The notes under the pieces: generated by a model | The model's input: the letters and a program-made list of their open reading frames with translations, nothing else | What the model was told of the DNA's origin: nothing | Databases searched by the model: none | Shown: piece after piece, positions 21,635-32,100 of the stretch | Numbering within the stretch: the stretch's first letter is position 1 | Layout of the letters: the number at the start of each line of letters is the position of its first letter | IMG/VR virus record: IMGVR_UViG_3300045988_097822 | Span: 1 to 39,003 of that record | Strand: one strand, 5' to 3' | Length of the DNA: 39,003 nt | From: a virus | Translations under genes and position numbers: made by a program

Positions 21635-23302
21635 ATGAGCAAACAGACGATGACCCCGGAGCGGGTCGGTAAGGAATACAACGCGGGTATCAGCTTCAAC
21701 AGCGGTATTGACCTCTATGACTGCGTGGAGACCAACGAAAATTTCTTCATAGGTAAGCAGTGGGAGGGCGTGCAGAGCAACGGCCTCCCCACCCCCGTAT
21801 TTAACTTTTTAAAGCGGGTGGTGCTGTTTTCCGTGGCGAATATCTCCACGGATAACTTGAAGCTGTGGGCACGGGCCATGTCCTCCAGCGGGGAGCGGAA
21901 CACACAGACCTTGGAGCTGGTGGCCGACATTCTCAACGATCAGTTCGCGTCCATCTTTGAGCACAACAGCATCGGCGGGCGCATCCGGGAGTATACCCGC
22001 AATGCCGCCGTGGACGGTGACGGCTGTATGTATACCTACTGGGACGATACGGCGGAGACCGGACAGTCCAGCAAGGGCGCTATCCGCACGGAAGTTCTGA
22101 TGAACACGCAGGTTTTGTTCGGCAACCCCAACAACCGGGACGTGCAGAGCCAGCCCTACATCATTCTGGAACGGCGGATGCTACTGAGTGAGGCCCGGAA
22201 GCGGGCCAAGCGGTACGGCAAGGACCCGGACGAGATCCAGCCGGACAACAAGGACTGCGGCAACAACTACATGGATTCCATGAGCGGCAGCGGGAACAAG
22301 GTGACGGTGCTGCTCCGGCTATGGAAGGATGACGAGACCGGCACCGTCCACGCCTACGAGTGCACCCGGCAGGCGGAGATCCGGGGCGATCTGGACCTCG
22401 GCATCAAGCTGTATCCCCTGACGTGGATGAACTGGGACTATGTGCAGGACTGCTATCACGGACAGGCCATGATTACAGGTCTGCTGCCCAACCAGATCTT
22501 TGTAAACAAACTGTTCGCCATGTCCATGATCTCCCTTATGACGCTGGCCTATCCGAAGGTGGTATACGATTCCACCAAGGTAGCCAAGTGGACAAACAAG
22601 ATCGGCGGAGCCATTCCGGTAAACGGCAGTGTGGAGGGCGTGGCGAAGATCATTGACCCCGCCAGCATCTCCCCCCAGATCAGCCAGTTCATTGATATTG
22701 CCATCAGCTACACGCAGAAGTTCCTCGGCGCGTCGGACGTGGCGCTGGGCGATACACGCCCGGACAACACCTCCGCCATTATCGCCTTGCAGCGGGCGGC
22801 GGCAACGCCTATGGAGCTGACGAAACAGAACCTCTTGCAGAGCATTGAGGATCTGGGCCGCATTTATATGGAGTTCATGGGCGAATACTACGGAGAGCGG
22901 TATGTGGAGATCTCCAACCCCTATGACAACAGTAAATTGGTAGTTCCCTTTGACTTCTCCATCCTGAAGGAGATCCCCTTCACCATCGGACTGGACGCAG
23001 GCGCGGCCTCCTATTGGAGTGAGATCGCCGCCATGCAGACCTTGGACAATCTGCTGATGCAGGGCAAGATCTCCACGGTGGAGTATCTGAAGCGTCTGCC
23101 CGCCGGACAGATCACCGACAAGGAGGCTCTGATCCAAGCCCTCCAGCAGCAGGAACGTGCCATGATGGGCGGTCAGCCAGGAGCAGAGGGCGAACAGCCT
23201 GTTACCGAGGAAGAAGCCGTCCCCATTCGGGGCGGGGCCGGATACGGCCAGTTGCAGCGGAAAATCAACGAGACCGGCGAAGTGCCGAAAACGGAGGTGT
23301 AA
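21635..23302 (+). CDS. Portal protein
   Basis: NENFFIGKQWEG near the N-terminus, a size of 555 aa and an acidic/Gly-rich C-terminal tail. Confidence 0.7.
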   Translation: MSKQTMTPERVGKEYNAGISFNSGIDLYDCVETNENFFIGKQWEGVQSNGLPTPVFNFLKRVVLFSVANISTDNLKLWARAMSSSGERNTQTLELVADILNDQFASIFEHNSIGGRIREYTRNAAVDGDGCMYTYWDDTAETGQSSKGAIRTEVLMNTQVLFGNPNNRDVQSQPYIILERRMLLSEARKRAKRYGKDPDEIQPDNKDCGNNYMDSMSGSGNKVTVLLRLWKDDETGTVHAYECTRQAEIRGDLDLGIKLYPLTWMNWDYVQDCYHGQAMITGLLPNQIFVNKLFAMSMISLMTLAYPKVVYDSTKVAKWTNKIGGAIPVNGSVEGVAKIIDPASISPQISQFIDIAISYTQKFLGASDVALGDTRPDNTSAIIALQRAAATPMELTKQNLLQSIEDLGRIYMEFMGEYYGERYVEISNPYDNSKLVVPFDFSILKEIPFTIGLDAGAASYWSEIAAMQTLDNLLMQGKISTVEYLKRLPAGQITDKEALIQALQQQERAMMGGQPGAEGEQPVTEEEAVPIRGGAGYGQLQRKINETGEVPKTEV

Positions 23303-23305
23303 CCT

Positions 23306-25120
23306 GTGGCGATTGAGAAATTCAACAAAAACATGGCGATCATTGCGGCATTGGACGATGAGCCTAATGACGTGGGCGGGATGACCTCTGCCGAGCTGAA
23401 AAACAAGTTCGACGAAGGCGGCAAGGCCCTTCAGACCTACATGAACGAGACCCTGATCCCGGCGCTGGAAAATCTGGGTGTGGAAACGGCGGTGCTGTTG
23501 CCGCAGAACAAGGCCGGATTCAAGTACATCCGGCTGAACAGCGATAAGGTGCTGGAGGTCAGCACGGACGGCGATACCTGGCAGGCAACCGGTTCTTCTG
23601 GCCACCTGATTATCGGCCCGGACGGACAGGCCCTCCCCCAGCGGAGCCGGATGCAGTTTACCAACGGCACGGTGACAGACCAGAACGGCGTGACCGTTGT
23701 GGCCGGCATCAAGGGCGATACCGGCGCAACCGGCGCAACCGGCGCACAAGGTCCGCAGGGTATCCAGGGCGTGAAGGGCGACCGGGGCCAGGTGCTTGTT
23801 CCCAGCATCAACGATGACGGCGTAATCTCGTGGAGCATCCAGGAGCCTACTACCACGGTTCCGGCCAGCCGGAACATCCGAGGCCCGCAGGGTATTCAGG
23901 GGATTCAGGGTCCCCAAGGTCTGCAAGGGCCTGCCGGAGCTACCGGTGCACAGGGTATTCAGGGGCCTATCGGTGCCCAAGGCCCCAAAGGTAACGATGG
24001 CGCCGATGGCCGCAGCTTCACGATCAAAGCTATGTATGCTTCTTTGGCGGAGCTGAACGCCGCGCATCCGACCGGTGCAGAGGGGGACGCATACGCTGTT
24101 GGTACAGCAGAGAGCAATACCATCTACAACTGGGATGTAGACCGAAAATTATGGAGCAATATCGGCCCAATCAGAGGTCCGCAGGGTGAACAGGGAATTC
24201 AGGGCGAACAGGGAATTCAGGGTATTCAGGGCACGCAAGGTCCGCAGGGCGTCCAGGGCACGCAAGGTCCGCAAGGCGAGCAGGGAATTCAAGGGCCGGA
24301 AGGCCCACAAGGGCCAAGAGGATACCCCGCCAACATCAATGGTAAGACGCCGGATGACGCTGGCAACATCACTCTGAACGCCGGGGACATTTCCGGTTCC
24401 GTCCGCTACGACGCGGCGCAGACGCTCAGTGACGAGCAGAAGGCGCAGGCCCGTACGAATATCAACTCCGCTCCCGGCGGGTTTGGGTGGGGAGACTCTT
24501 TGAGAAACGTACTCGCATCCGACACCGAAGATACCTATGAAACATACTGTGGCAAGCTTGATGCGTTACTTGCCGATATGCCAGACGGAACATCACAACT
24601 TATTTATACACGTGGTCCAGCTTCAACGGGCCAATATTCTGGGGCCGGGAATATCGTTGCCGTTCTATCAAAACTATTAGGTACAAGCGCATCACTGATT
24701 GGCATTTCGCCCGAACCGAGAGGCACTACCAATGGATTGTGGCGAATGTTAAAGGATAATGGGGTGTGGCGGCCAGTCGAATGGAGTAATCCTCCCATGG
24801 AACTGGGCGTAGAGTACCGCACAACTGAGCGGTATCTGGGCAAGCCGGTTTATGTCAAGACGGTGGATTGTGGCACCCCTCAAACAAATACGACATGGGC
24901 AACGCCCCACGGAATATCTGGGGTTAAGAATTTTATTTCAGCGACAGCGCAGTCAGGCGTTTATATCGCCAATGGCATTTTCAAGGGTTCAGAGGGTTTA
25001 GGTGGGGATAGCATAACTATAGCGACAGACCCAACAAATATTCATATCTCAACATATGGGTACTGGACAACCTCGGAGCATGCTATCGCCTTGCTCAAAT
25101 ACACCAAGACCACTGACTGA
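23306..25120 (+). CDS. Tail fibre with three collagen-like (G-X-Y) blocks
   Basis: GTG start. The G-X-Y runs are at aa 134-161, 193-235 and 291-339 (nt 23705-23788, 23882-24010, 24176-24322). Confidence 0.8.
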   Translation: MAIEKFNKNMAIIAALDDEPNDVGGMTSAELKNKFDEGGKALQTYMNETLIPALENLGVETAVLLPQNKAGFKYIRLNSDKVLEVSTDGDTWQATGSSGHLIIGPDGQALPQRSRMQFTNGTVTDQNGVTVVAGIKGDTGATGATGAQGPQGIQGVKGDRGQVLVPSINDDGVISWSIQEPTTTVPASRNIRGPQGIQGIQGPQGLQGPAGATGAQGIQGPIGAQGPKGNDGADGRSFTIKAMYASLAELNAAHPTGAEGDAYAVGTAESNTIYNWDVDRKLWSNIGPIRGPQGEQGIQGEQGIQGIQGTQGPQGVQGTQGPQGEQGIQGPEGPQGPRGYPANINGKTPDDAGNITLNAGDISGSVRYDAAQTLSDEQKAQARTNINSAPGGFGWGDSLRNVLASDTEDTYETYCGKLDALLADMPDGTSQLIYTRGPASTGQYSGAGNIVAVLSKLLGTSASLIGISPEPRGTTNGLWRMLKDNGVWRPVEWSNPPMELGVEYRTTERYLGKPVYVKTVDCGTPQTNTTWATPHGISGVKNFISATAQSGVYIANGIFKGSEGLGGDSITIATDPTNIHISTYGYWTTSEHAIALLKYTKTTD

Positions 25121-25122
25121 CC

Positions 25123-25209
25123 ATGGACTATTGCGTGATATGCGGAGCCATTGTGCCGGAGGGACGGTGGGTTTGCCCAATCTGCGAGAGACAATGGCCT
25201 GAATTTTAA
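25123..25209 (+). CDS. Tiny zinc-ribbon ORF (28 aa, below the track cutoff)
   Basis: MDYCVICGAIVPEGRWVCPICERQWPEF (my own translation). Confidence 0.3.
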   Translation: MDYCVICGAIVPEGRWVCPICERQWPEF

Positions 25210-25212
25210 CCC

Positions 25213-25258
25213 GCACGAAACCAAGTCGGACTTTTGACTTGCACGAAAGCAAGTCGGA
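25213..25258 (+). repeat. Two 18-nt direct repeats GCACGAAA(C/G)CAAGTCGGA upstream of the lysis cassette
   Basis: The copies are at 25213-25230 and 25241-25258 with 1 mismatch. An AAGTC..GACTT inverted repeat lies between them and a CGGTTGcacagaCAACCG hairpin follows. Confidence 0.6.
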
Positions 25259-25310
25259 TTTAATTTGAAACGGTTGCACAGACAACCGCAAAATTGAAAG
25301 GAGAAACACT

Positions 25311-25631
25311 ATGGAGAAGAAGTTTGCCGAGATCATCAACGAGGGCTGCAAGAGTGGCAAGACCATCGAGGCCATCAACAAGGAGCTGAAGGAGGCGGGG
25401 GCCAACTTCCACCTGAATCCTGACGGCGGCGTTGCCAACTGGACCGAGGCTGAGATGGCCGAGGGCTTCAACCTTGCGGAGACCGAACCCACCGACGTGC
25501 GTCACCTGCATGACTATATGCGGTACGATGTCACGAAGGCCGGTCAGACCGTGCGGGTGGAGACCCCGGAGGGCACCTACAATATTACGTGGGACGAGGG
25601 CGGTCATCCTGAGAAGGCCGTGCGGGTGTGA
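25311..25631 (+). CDS. Hypothetical protein
   Basis: 106-aa ORF preceded by an AAAGGAG RBS. Confidence 0.55.
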   Translation: MEKKFAEIINEGCKSGKTIEAINKELKEAGANFHLNPDGGVANWTEAEMAEGFNLAETEPTDVRHLHDYMRYDVTKAGQTVRVETPEGTYNITWDEGGHPEKAVRV

Positions 25632-25651
25632 CCACTGAAAGGAGGTACACA

Positions 25652-26107
25652 ATGAACGCTTTACACATCAAAAATACGGTGTTGGCGGTGCTGGCTGCGG
25701 CTGGCTCCGCCATCGCCCAGGCGCTGGGAGGCTGGGACGTGGCGCTCAAAGTTCTGATCTGCTTTATGGCGTTGGATTACGCCACGGGCTGGCTGGTGGC
25801 AGCGATCTGGCACAAGTCCGGCAAAAGCAAAACCGGGGCGCTGAGTTCCGACGCCGGGTTCAAGGGGCTGGCAAAAAAGTGCGTCATGCTGGCGCTGGTA
25901 TGGATGGGGGCATTATTGGATCAGGCCACATCCAGCGACTTTGCCCGTGACGCAGTGTGTATGTTCTTTATTGCCAACGAGGGATTGTCGATTTTGGAGA
26001 ATACGGCAGTGATGGGGATCCCCTACCCCGCCTTTATTAAAAATATGCTGGATGCCATTCGTCAGGCCAGCGATCAGGGGAAACAGAATACGGAGGCTCA
26101 CACATGA
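25652..26107 (+). CDS. Holin (phage_holin_4_1 / TcdE-like family)
   Basis: MALDYATGWLVA, GFKGLAKK and FFIANEGLSILEN motifs are present. The protein has multiple TM segments. The ATG follows AAAGGAGG. Confidence 0.75.
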   Translation: MNALHIKNTVLAVLAAAGSAIAQALGGWDVALKVLICFMALDYATGWLVAAIWHKSGKSKTGALSSDAGFKGLAKKCVMLALVWMGALLDQATSSDFARDAVCMFFIANEGLSILENTAVMGIPYPAFIKNMLDAIRQASDQGKQNTEAHT

Positions 26108-27123
26108 GCACGAGAGCGGGCACCGTCCCGCTCTCCGATCTCCAATTCATCAAGATCTATTTCAACCGGAAGCGTCTCCGCTCCACCACGGCCAACCTGA
26201 AGAAGATGCTGGCGGAGGCGGGCGGGGACGCTATCTGCAATGGCTCCATTTTCCTGCGGAACCAGACCCCTGCCTGCCATTTGAAGGCAGACGGCAAGGT
26301 CCGCAAGGCCCCTAATTACCGGGCGTGGGCCATCAGCTGGGACACCCCGGCGGACTTCGGCGTGAAAACCGTGCCCAACGGGGACGCAAATTACATGGAG
26401 TGCGTCCACCTCATTATCGACGGGAAGAAGATCAGCCCCGTCACCTGCGGAGCGGATATGCGCTACCGTGCCCCCCGGACGGCTATCGGCACCAAGAACG
26501 GGCGGTTCGCCTACTATGTGAGCAAGGCCCGGCGGACGCCGGAACAGCTGCGGGACCTGCTGGCCGCGTCCGGCTGGGACAATGCCATTATGATGGACGG
26601 CGGCGGGTCTACCTGCTTCATGGATTCGACAGGCAAGGGCTTTACCGGGGACGGGCGGGTGATCCCGTTCTTTCTTGTCTGGAAAAAGAAAAGCGGGGAT
26701 GCGTGTGAGCCGGAAGGAGAGAAACCTATGGTAGAGATCAACGCCTATTCCAAGGCGAAGGACGGCGATAAGAAGCTGTCCACAAACTTTAGAGTGGAAG
26801 AATTTGCCTGCAAGGACGGCTCCGATGCCGTACTGGTGGCGCCCCGGCTGGTGATGGTCTTGCAGAGCATCCGCAGTCGCTTCGGCGTTCCGGTGGTCAT
26901 TCACAGTGCCTACCGGACGCCCCAGTATAACAAGCAGGTGGACGGCGCGGAACACAGCCAGCACTGCTACGGCACGGCGGCGGACATTACCGTGAAGGGG
27001 CAGACCCCCGCAGCGGTGGCAGCCTACGCCCGACAGCTGATGCCCGATTGGGGCGGCGTAGGCAAGTACGGCAGCTTTACTCATATTGATGTGAGAGAGG
27101 TCCGGGCAGACTGGAACGGATAA
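26104..27123 (+). CDS. Two-domain endolysin: N-terminal phosphodiester-glycosidase (NAGPA/DUF2233-like) + C-terminal peptidase M15A-like
   Basis: RTAIGTKNGRF...AIMMDGGGST is NAGPA-like. SAYRTPQYNKQVDGAEHSQHCYGTAADI is Zn D,D-peptidase-like. The gene overlaps the holin stop. Confidence 0.75.
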   Translation: MSTRAGTVPLSDLQFIKIYFNRKRLRSTTANLKKMLAEAGGDAICNGSIFLRNQTPACHLKADGKVRKAPNYRAWAISWDTPADFGVKTVPNGDANYMECVHLIIDGKKISPVTCGADMRYRAPRTAIGTKNGRFAYYVSKARRTPEQLRDLLAASGWDNAIMMDGGGSTCFMDSTGKGFTGDGRVIPFFLVWKKKSGDACEPEGEKPMVEINAYSKAKDGDKKLSTNFRVEEFACKDGSDAVLVAPRLVMVLQSIRSRFGVPVVIHSAYRTPQYNKQVDGAEHSQHCYGTAADITVKGQTPAAVAAYARQLMPDWGGVGKYGSFTHIDVREVRADWNG

Positions 27124-27135
27124 GGAGGGCTAAGT

Positions 27136-29106
27136 ATGGCAGGTTACTACGATAAAAACAAGGACTACTCCAAGGAGCTTCAGCGAACGGACCTGTCCTC
27201 CTCGGAGCGTGACAGGCTGACCAAGGAACGCGAAAATAAGATCGCTGACAAGTACGGCGGCAGAGAGCCCAACATGATCGGTTCCGACAAGACGTACAGC
27301 CAGACCTACGACAAGGGCGGCAACCGGCGGAACAACGGCAGCTCCGGCGGCAGCTCTCAGGGCACCTTCGGCGGGGTTTCTTATACCCGCAATGACAATG
27401 GCGGCGGTATCTACGGGATGCCCACCAGCAACTCCGAGGTGAAAAACTACAAGCAGGGCGGTGTGACTTATCAGGTAGGCGCGGACATGAGCCGCCGTCA
27501 GGATCTGGCGGGCAGGGCGCAGGTGTCCAACGGCTATACCGTGTTTTATGACGATGACGGCTACGCCTACAAAGCCGTGAAGGGCGTGGCGGACTACACC
27601 CCCCATCAGGATATCAACGCCGGGAACGGCAGTTACGGCAAAAGCGGCGCGTGGACGGACAACGAGATGATGTCCGCACTGGATCGCTCCAAGATTCAGG
27701 ACATCCGCAACCGCCTGCAGCGGGGTGAGATTACCGGCGATCAGGCCAACCAGGCTGCAAACGCCATCCGGGCGGGCTACGGCTACACCATAGACAAGAA
27801 CGGCTATGTGACGGACAGCGGGGCACTGTCTGCCACGAATGATCTGCGGCGGCGGCTGGGGCTTGATAACAGCCCGGAAAGCGCGGAGCTGGCCTACTAT
27901 CGCTATCTCATGGGCACGGATACCTCCCCCTCCGCACAGGCCAACGGCAAGGTGCAGTCCTTCGGGGACTATCTAACAGAGAATGGCGGCGTACAGGCCG
28001 GTACACCCGGCTACAGAACCCCGGCATACAGCCAGCAGCAGCGGGTCACGGATATTAACGTAGGCAGTACTCCGGCGAGCAATTTCACGGCGCAGGCCGG
28101 AACGAGCTTTGACATCGGGGATGGCAACGACTATCTGAAAGAGCTGTACGCCAAGAAGGTGGCGGCAGAGCTGGCGGCGCTGAAATCCGCCTACGAGCAG
28201 AACACCGCCACGTTGGATGCCAGCCGTGCGCAGATCGCGCCGGTATATGACATTGCCCGGAACAGCGCGGCCAACCAGAACGCCTTGAGCCGGGGCGCGT
28301 TTCAGGAGATGGCGGTGGCAAACGGCCTGAACACCGGCACCACCGGGCAGGCGGCGCTGGCACAGGACGTTGTGCTCCAGCAGAACCTCTCCCAGATCGA
28401 CCGGGAACAGGCGGAAAAGACGGCGGCCATCGACCTCCAGCGGAGCCAGCTCGACACGGAGTACCGGAACGCCATTGCCAAGGCAGAGGCCACGGGAGAC
28501 GCGGAGCTGGCAAACGCCCTATATGAGGAATACGTCCGGCAGCAGAATCTCTACGCCAAGTACGGCGGGCAGACCGGTGGTTCCGGCTCCGGTTCTTCCG
28601 GCGGCAGTACCGTGGTAAAGCCGACGCTGACCGCCAGTCAGGTGCAGTCCGCCCTGAAAAACGGCATCGTGACGGATGACGTGATCTCCGCCTTTGATTA
28701 CTACTACGGGCAGGGGGCCTACGATTCCCTGTACGGCACCGGAAAGCTGACGGCGGGCAAGCCCTCTGGCAGCAGCAGCACCGGCAAAAAGAAGGGAAGC
28801 TACTCCAACGGTTCCCTGACCAATCAGCAGGTGAAGCAGCTCCAGAAATACTACGGTGTGTCTCAGGACGGCAAGTGGGGGGCCAACTCCAAGAAGGCCG
28901 CAGGCGGCCTGACGGCTGACCAGGCATGGGCGAAGTATCAGGGCGGCGGCAGCGGAAGCGGCAGCAGCAACTACGGAAACATCCGCAGAACGATCACAGG
29001 CTATATGTCTCAGGGTAACTACGCAAAGGCGCAGAGCTACCTAAAATCCAACTGGAACAGCCTGACAGAGGCACAGCAGCAAGAGCTTTCCGATCTATTC
29101 GGGTAA
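27136..29106 (+). CDS. Virion/ejection protein candidate with a C-terminal peptidoglycan-binding-like repeat
   Basis: 656 aa with G/S-rich linkers. VKQLQKYYGVSQDGKWGANSKKAAGGLTADQAW resembles PG_binding_1. Confidence 0.5.
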   Translation: MAGYYDKNKDYSKELQRTDLSSSERDRLTKERENKIADKYGGREPNMIGSDKTYSQTYDKGGNRRNNGSSGGSSQGTFGGVSYTRNDNGGGIYGMPTSNSEVKNYKQGGVTYQVGADMSRRQDLAGRAQVSNGYTVFYDDDGYAYKAVKGVADYTPHQDINAGNGSYGKSGAWTDNEMMSALDRSKIQDIRNRLQRGEITGDQANQAANAIRAGYGYTIDKNGYVTDSGALSATNDLRRRLGLDNSPESAELAYYRYLMGTDTSPSAQANGKVQSFGDYLTENGGVQAGTPGYRTPAYSQQQRVTDINVGSTPASNFTAQAGTSFDIGDGNDYLKELYAKKVAAELAALKSAYEQNTATLDASRAQIAPVYDIARNSAANQNALSRGAFQEMAVANGLNTGTTGQAALAQDVVLQQNLSQIDREQAEKTAAIDLQRSQLDTEYRNAIAKAEATGDAELANALYEEYVRQQNLYAKYGGQTGGSGSGSSGGSTVVKPTLTASQVQSALKNGIVTDDVISAFDYYYGQGAYDSLYGTGKLTAGKPSGSSSTGKKKGSYSNGSLTNQQVKQLQKYYGVSQDGKWGANSKKAAGGLTADQAWAKYQGGGSGSGSSNYGNIRRTITGYMSQGNYAKAQSYLKSNWNSLTEAQQQELSDLFG

Positions 29107-29118
29107 GGAGGCTATACG

Positions 29119-32100
29119 ATGGCGGTAAAGATGCCGGATCTGGTCGCCTACGGCGAGCGGGTCAACAAAACACAGAATAACAGCGGCGGCGTTCAGATGC
29201 CGAACCTTGTAGCCTATGGCAAGCGGGTGGAGACGCGGAAGGCCACTAAGGAGACGAAGGCCGTTACGCCTTCTGCCTCCCCCCGGCCTATGGAGAACGC
29301 CAGCACCGGGAACAGCCGACCCAACAGCCGCCTGCTGGCAGACGTGCGGACCGGCGGCACCACGCCCCCCTCTCTGGATAACGGGCGCGTGGGGAAGGTG
29401 ATCTCCGGTGCAGCGAAGTCCGTCGGCTCCGCCTATACAAATCTGGGCGGTGTGCTGGCGGAGGGGGCCGGGAAGCTGAATACCCGGATCGCCAACCAGA
29501 ACGCCGGGGATTCCCTGCAAAGCGACCATGACGCGGTGAAGCGGTACGAAAAGATGCTCCGGGACGTGAAGTGGGCCAACGGCAAGGCCATGACGGCGGC
29601 GGACGTGAAGCAGGTGCAGAGCTACCTTGCCTCCGCAAAACGCCGCATCGCGGCCCATGAGGGCTACACCAAGGCGGTGGAGCAGTCCGACAAGGCGGTG
29701 GCGGACAAGGCGTATCAGAAGGCGGACCGTCTGTCCCAAAGCTCCGCTGCGGACGTGGCACAGGCCAAGGAAGGTCTGGGGCCGGTGGGCCAGTTCGCCG
29801 TGGATCTGGGCGTTCAGGGTGTACAGATGGCGGGGGATGTTGCGGCCAGCGCCGTGATCCCCGGTGCCGGTCTCGCTCTGATGACGGCCCGGTCCGCCGG
29901 GAGCAGCGCTCAACGGGCCAGACAGGCCGGGGCTACCTATGGCCAGCAGCTTGCCTACGGACTGGGTAGCGGCGCGCTGAGCCTTGCCACGGAGAAGATC
30001 AGTAACGTGGCAAGCCCCTTCAAGAAGGCGTTCGGCGGCGGCGTTCTGGACAACGCCATCAGCGGTGCGCTTGCCAAGATGAACAACAGCACGGCGGGCC
30101 GTGTGGCTCTCTCCATGATCTCCGAGGGCGGTGAGGAATTTATCGAGGATATTTTCCAGCCCATCTTGCAGCGGGCCACCTATGACCCCTCTGCCCGGTT
30201 CGATCTGAGCGGGGCGCTGTATGACGCGGCGGTGGGCGCGGCCATGGGCGGCATCGGCGCAGGCGTTGACGTCATCCGACAGCGTGGAAACGGTCAGGCG
30301 GACGCACAGCCTACGCAGGAGGCACGCCCGGAGGTACGGGAGGGTACTTATACCCCCACCACCGCAAACACCGCAGAGGGCACGCAAAACGCCGCCCCCG
30401 GTGTGGAGACGGCGGAGAATATTCGGGTGGGTCAGGCGACTACCATCAAGAAGCCTTACAAGGGCGAAGTGCCGACCCAGACACAGCGGCAGAACACAGC
30501 GCCGGTGCAGGTGAGCAGCGAAGCCTTGACCCGAGCGCAGAACAGCATTGCCGGTGCACGGGGGCTGGAATCTTCCCTTCCGGGACAGAGTTTCAAGAGT
30601 ACGCTGAAGAACGTCTACAAGAGCATCTTCAAGCCCGCAACGGGCGTTGTGGTAGATGGAACCTCTTTCGGCGGGCAGCCCTATGCGGTAGACATTCCAA
30701 ACAGTGTCCCCGGGAAAGTTATCAGCGACACAAATCTGACTGCGGAAAAACTGGCTTTGCTGGATAATCTGCCTGATGTTGTACGCAATGGTACTTATGT
30801 AGGGAGCGGGGAATATGTTCCCCACGGTTCCAAGGCAAAAAAGACGGTTCGCTTTGATTACTTCGAAGCGCCGGTTGAAATCAATGGGAAACAGTATATC
30901 GCCTCTTTCGATGTTGAGGCATTCCCGGATGTGAACAACTACCGCACTCATAAGCTGAACGAAATAGAACTGTCCCCAATGACGAATGCTGACACGGGTC
31001 GAGATCCCGCTGCAAACGCCATGAGAACAGTTCCTGTTGAGGGTACGCGTCCCCTCAATGCTAATGATAGCATAGCACAGGGGGCGGAAAATGTCAAGAA
31101 CGGTGGGGCAGCAGAGTTTGACACGCCGGGTGACGCCGTGGCGGGTGCGGTGAACACGCCCTTTGACACCATGCAGGCCAAGAGTGAGGACTTTTACCCG
31201 GTGAATCCCAACAGCGCACAGCGCATCCAGGTAAACCAGCGGCGGGCACCCTCTGAGGTCCCCATTGTGAACCCCGATACCGGGCGGAATGTGGAGAAAA
31301 CGGTCTCCACCATTCTCAACAGCCCTCTCACTTCCCCGGAAATGGCAACCGTGTATGAAAACGCCATTGCAGGCGGCGCGTTTGACTATGACGTGGTGAC
31401 GGACCGGAGCGCCGTGCAGCAGGCACAGGCCAAGATCGCACGGGACGGCTGGCGCGAGGTGGCGAACAGTTTCATTGCCAAGGCGGAGCTGGGACAGCGG
31501 ATCACCAAGGCGGACACCGCCGAGGCCATCAGCGCCTACAACCTTGCCATTTCCGAAGGAGACCACAAGGCTGCCTTTGAGCTGGCAACAGCCATTGCGG
31601 AAGCGGCCCATGACAGTGCACAGATGGTGCAGGCCATGAACCTGATGAACCGGTTGACGCCGGAGGGCCGTCTGCTGACGCTGCGGCGGCTGGTAGACCG
31701 AATGAATGACCGGGCGGCACGGCAGAACCGGACGCCCCGGCAGAGTACCGCCGACAGCGGAGACGTGGAAGGCGCACGGGTGGACTACATCGACAAAGTA
31801 ACGGGCTTCACCCTCTCTGACGAGCTGGCCACCAACTACCTGATGGCAGAGACGAACGCGGAGCGGGCGGCGGCGTGGGACGCCATCACCACCTCCATTG
31901 CAGACCAGATCCCCAGTACGTTCCGGGAGAAGGCCAATTTCTGGCGGTACACCTCCATGCTGACCAATCCCACCACCCACATCCGCAACATCATGGGCAA
32001 TGCCATTCAGTTCGGCGCACGAAAGATCAAGGACGGCATCGGGACCGCAATCGAGCGGGCGGTCATCAAGGACCCCTCTCAGCGGACAAAGGCCGTGAAT

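Noticed and set aside
18612-24067. Long minus-strand ORFs 18612-19607, 19751-20746, 21023-21460 and 22319-24067
   Set aside because: All are antisense to well-supported terL, nozzle-like, portal and fibre genes, and all have the same biased composition.
23705-24322. Periodic 9-nt DNA repeats as a CRISPR array or satellite
   Set aside because: They lie in frame inside a long ORF and encode G-X-Y collagen triplets. There is no repeat-spacer architecture.
26098-28927. Minus-strand ORFs 26098-27084, 27130-27606 and 28085-28927
   Set aside because: They are antisense to the endolysin and the 656-aa gene. They are Arg/Pro/Gly-rich and have no start context.
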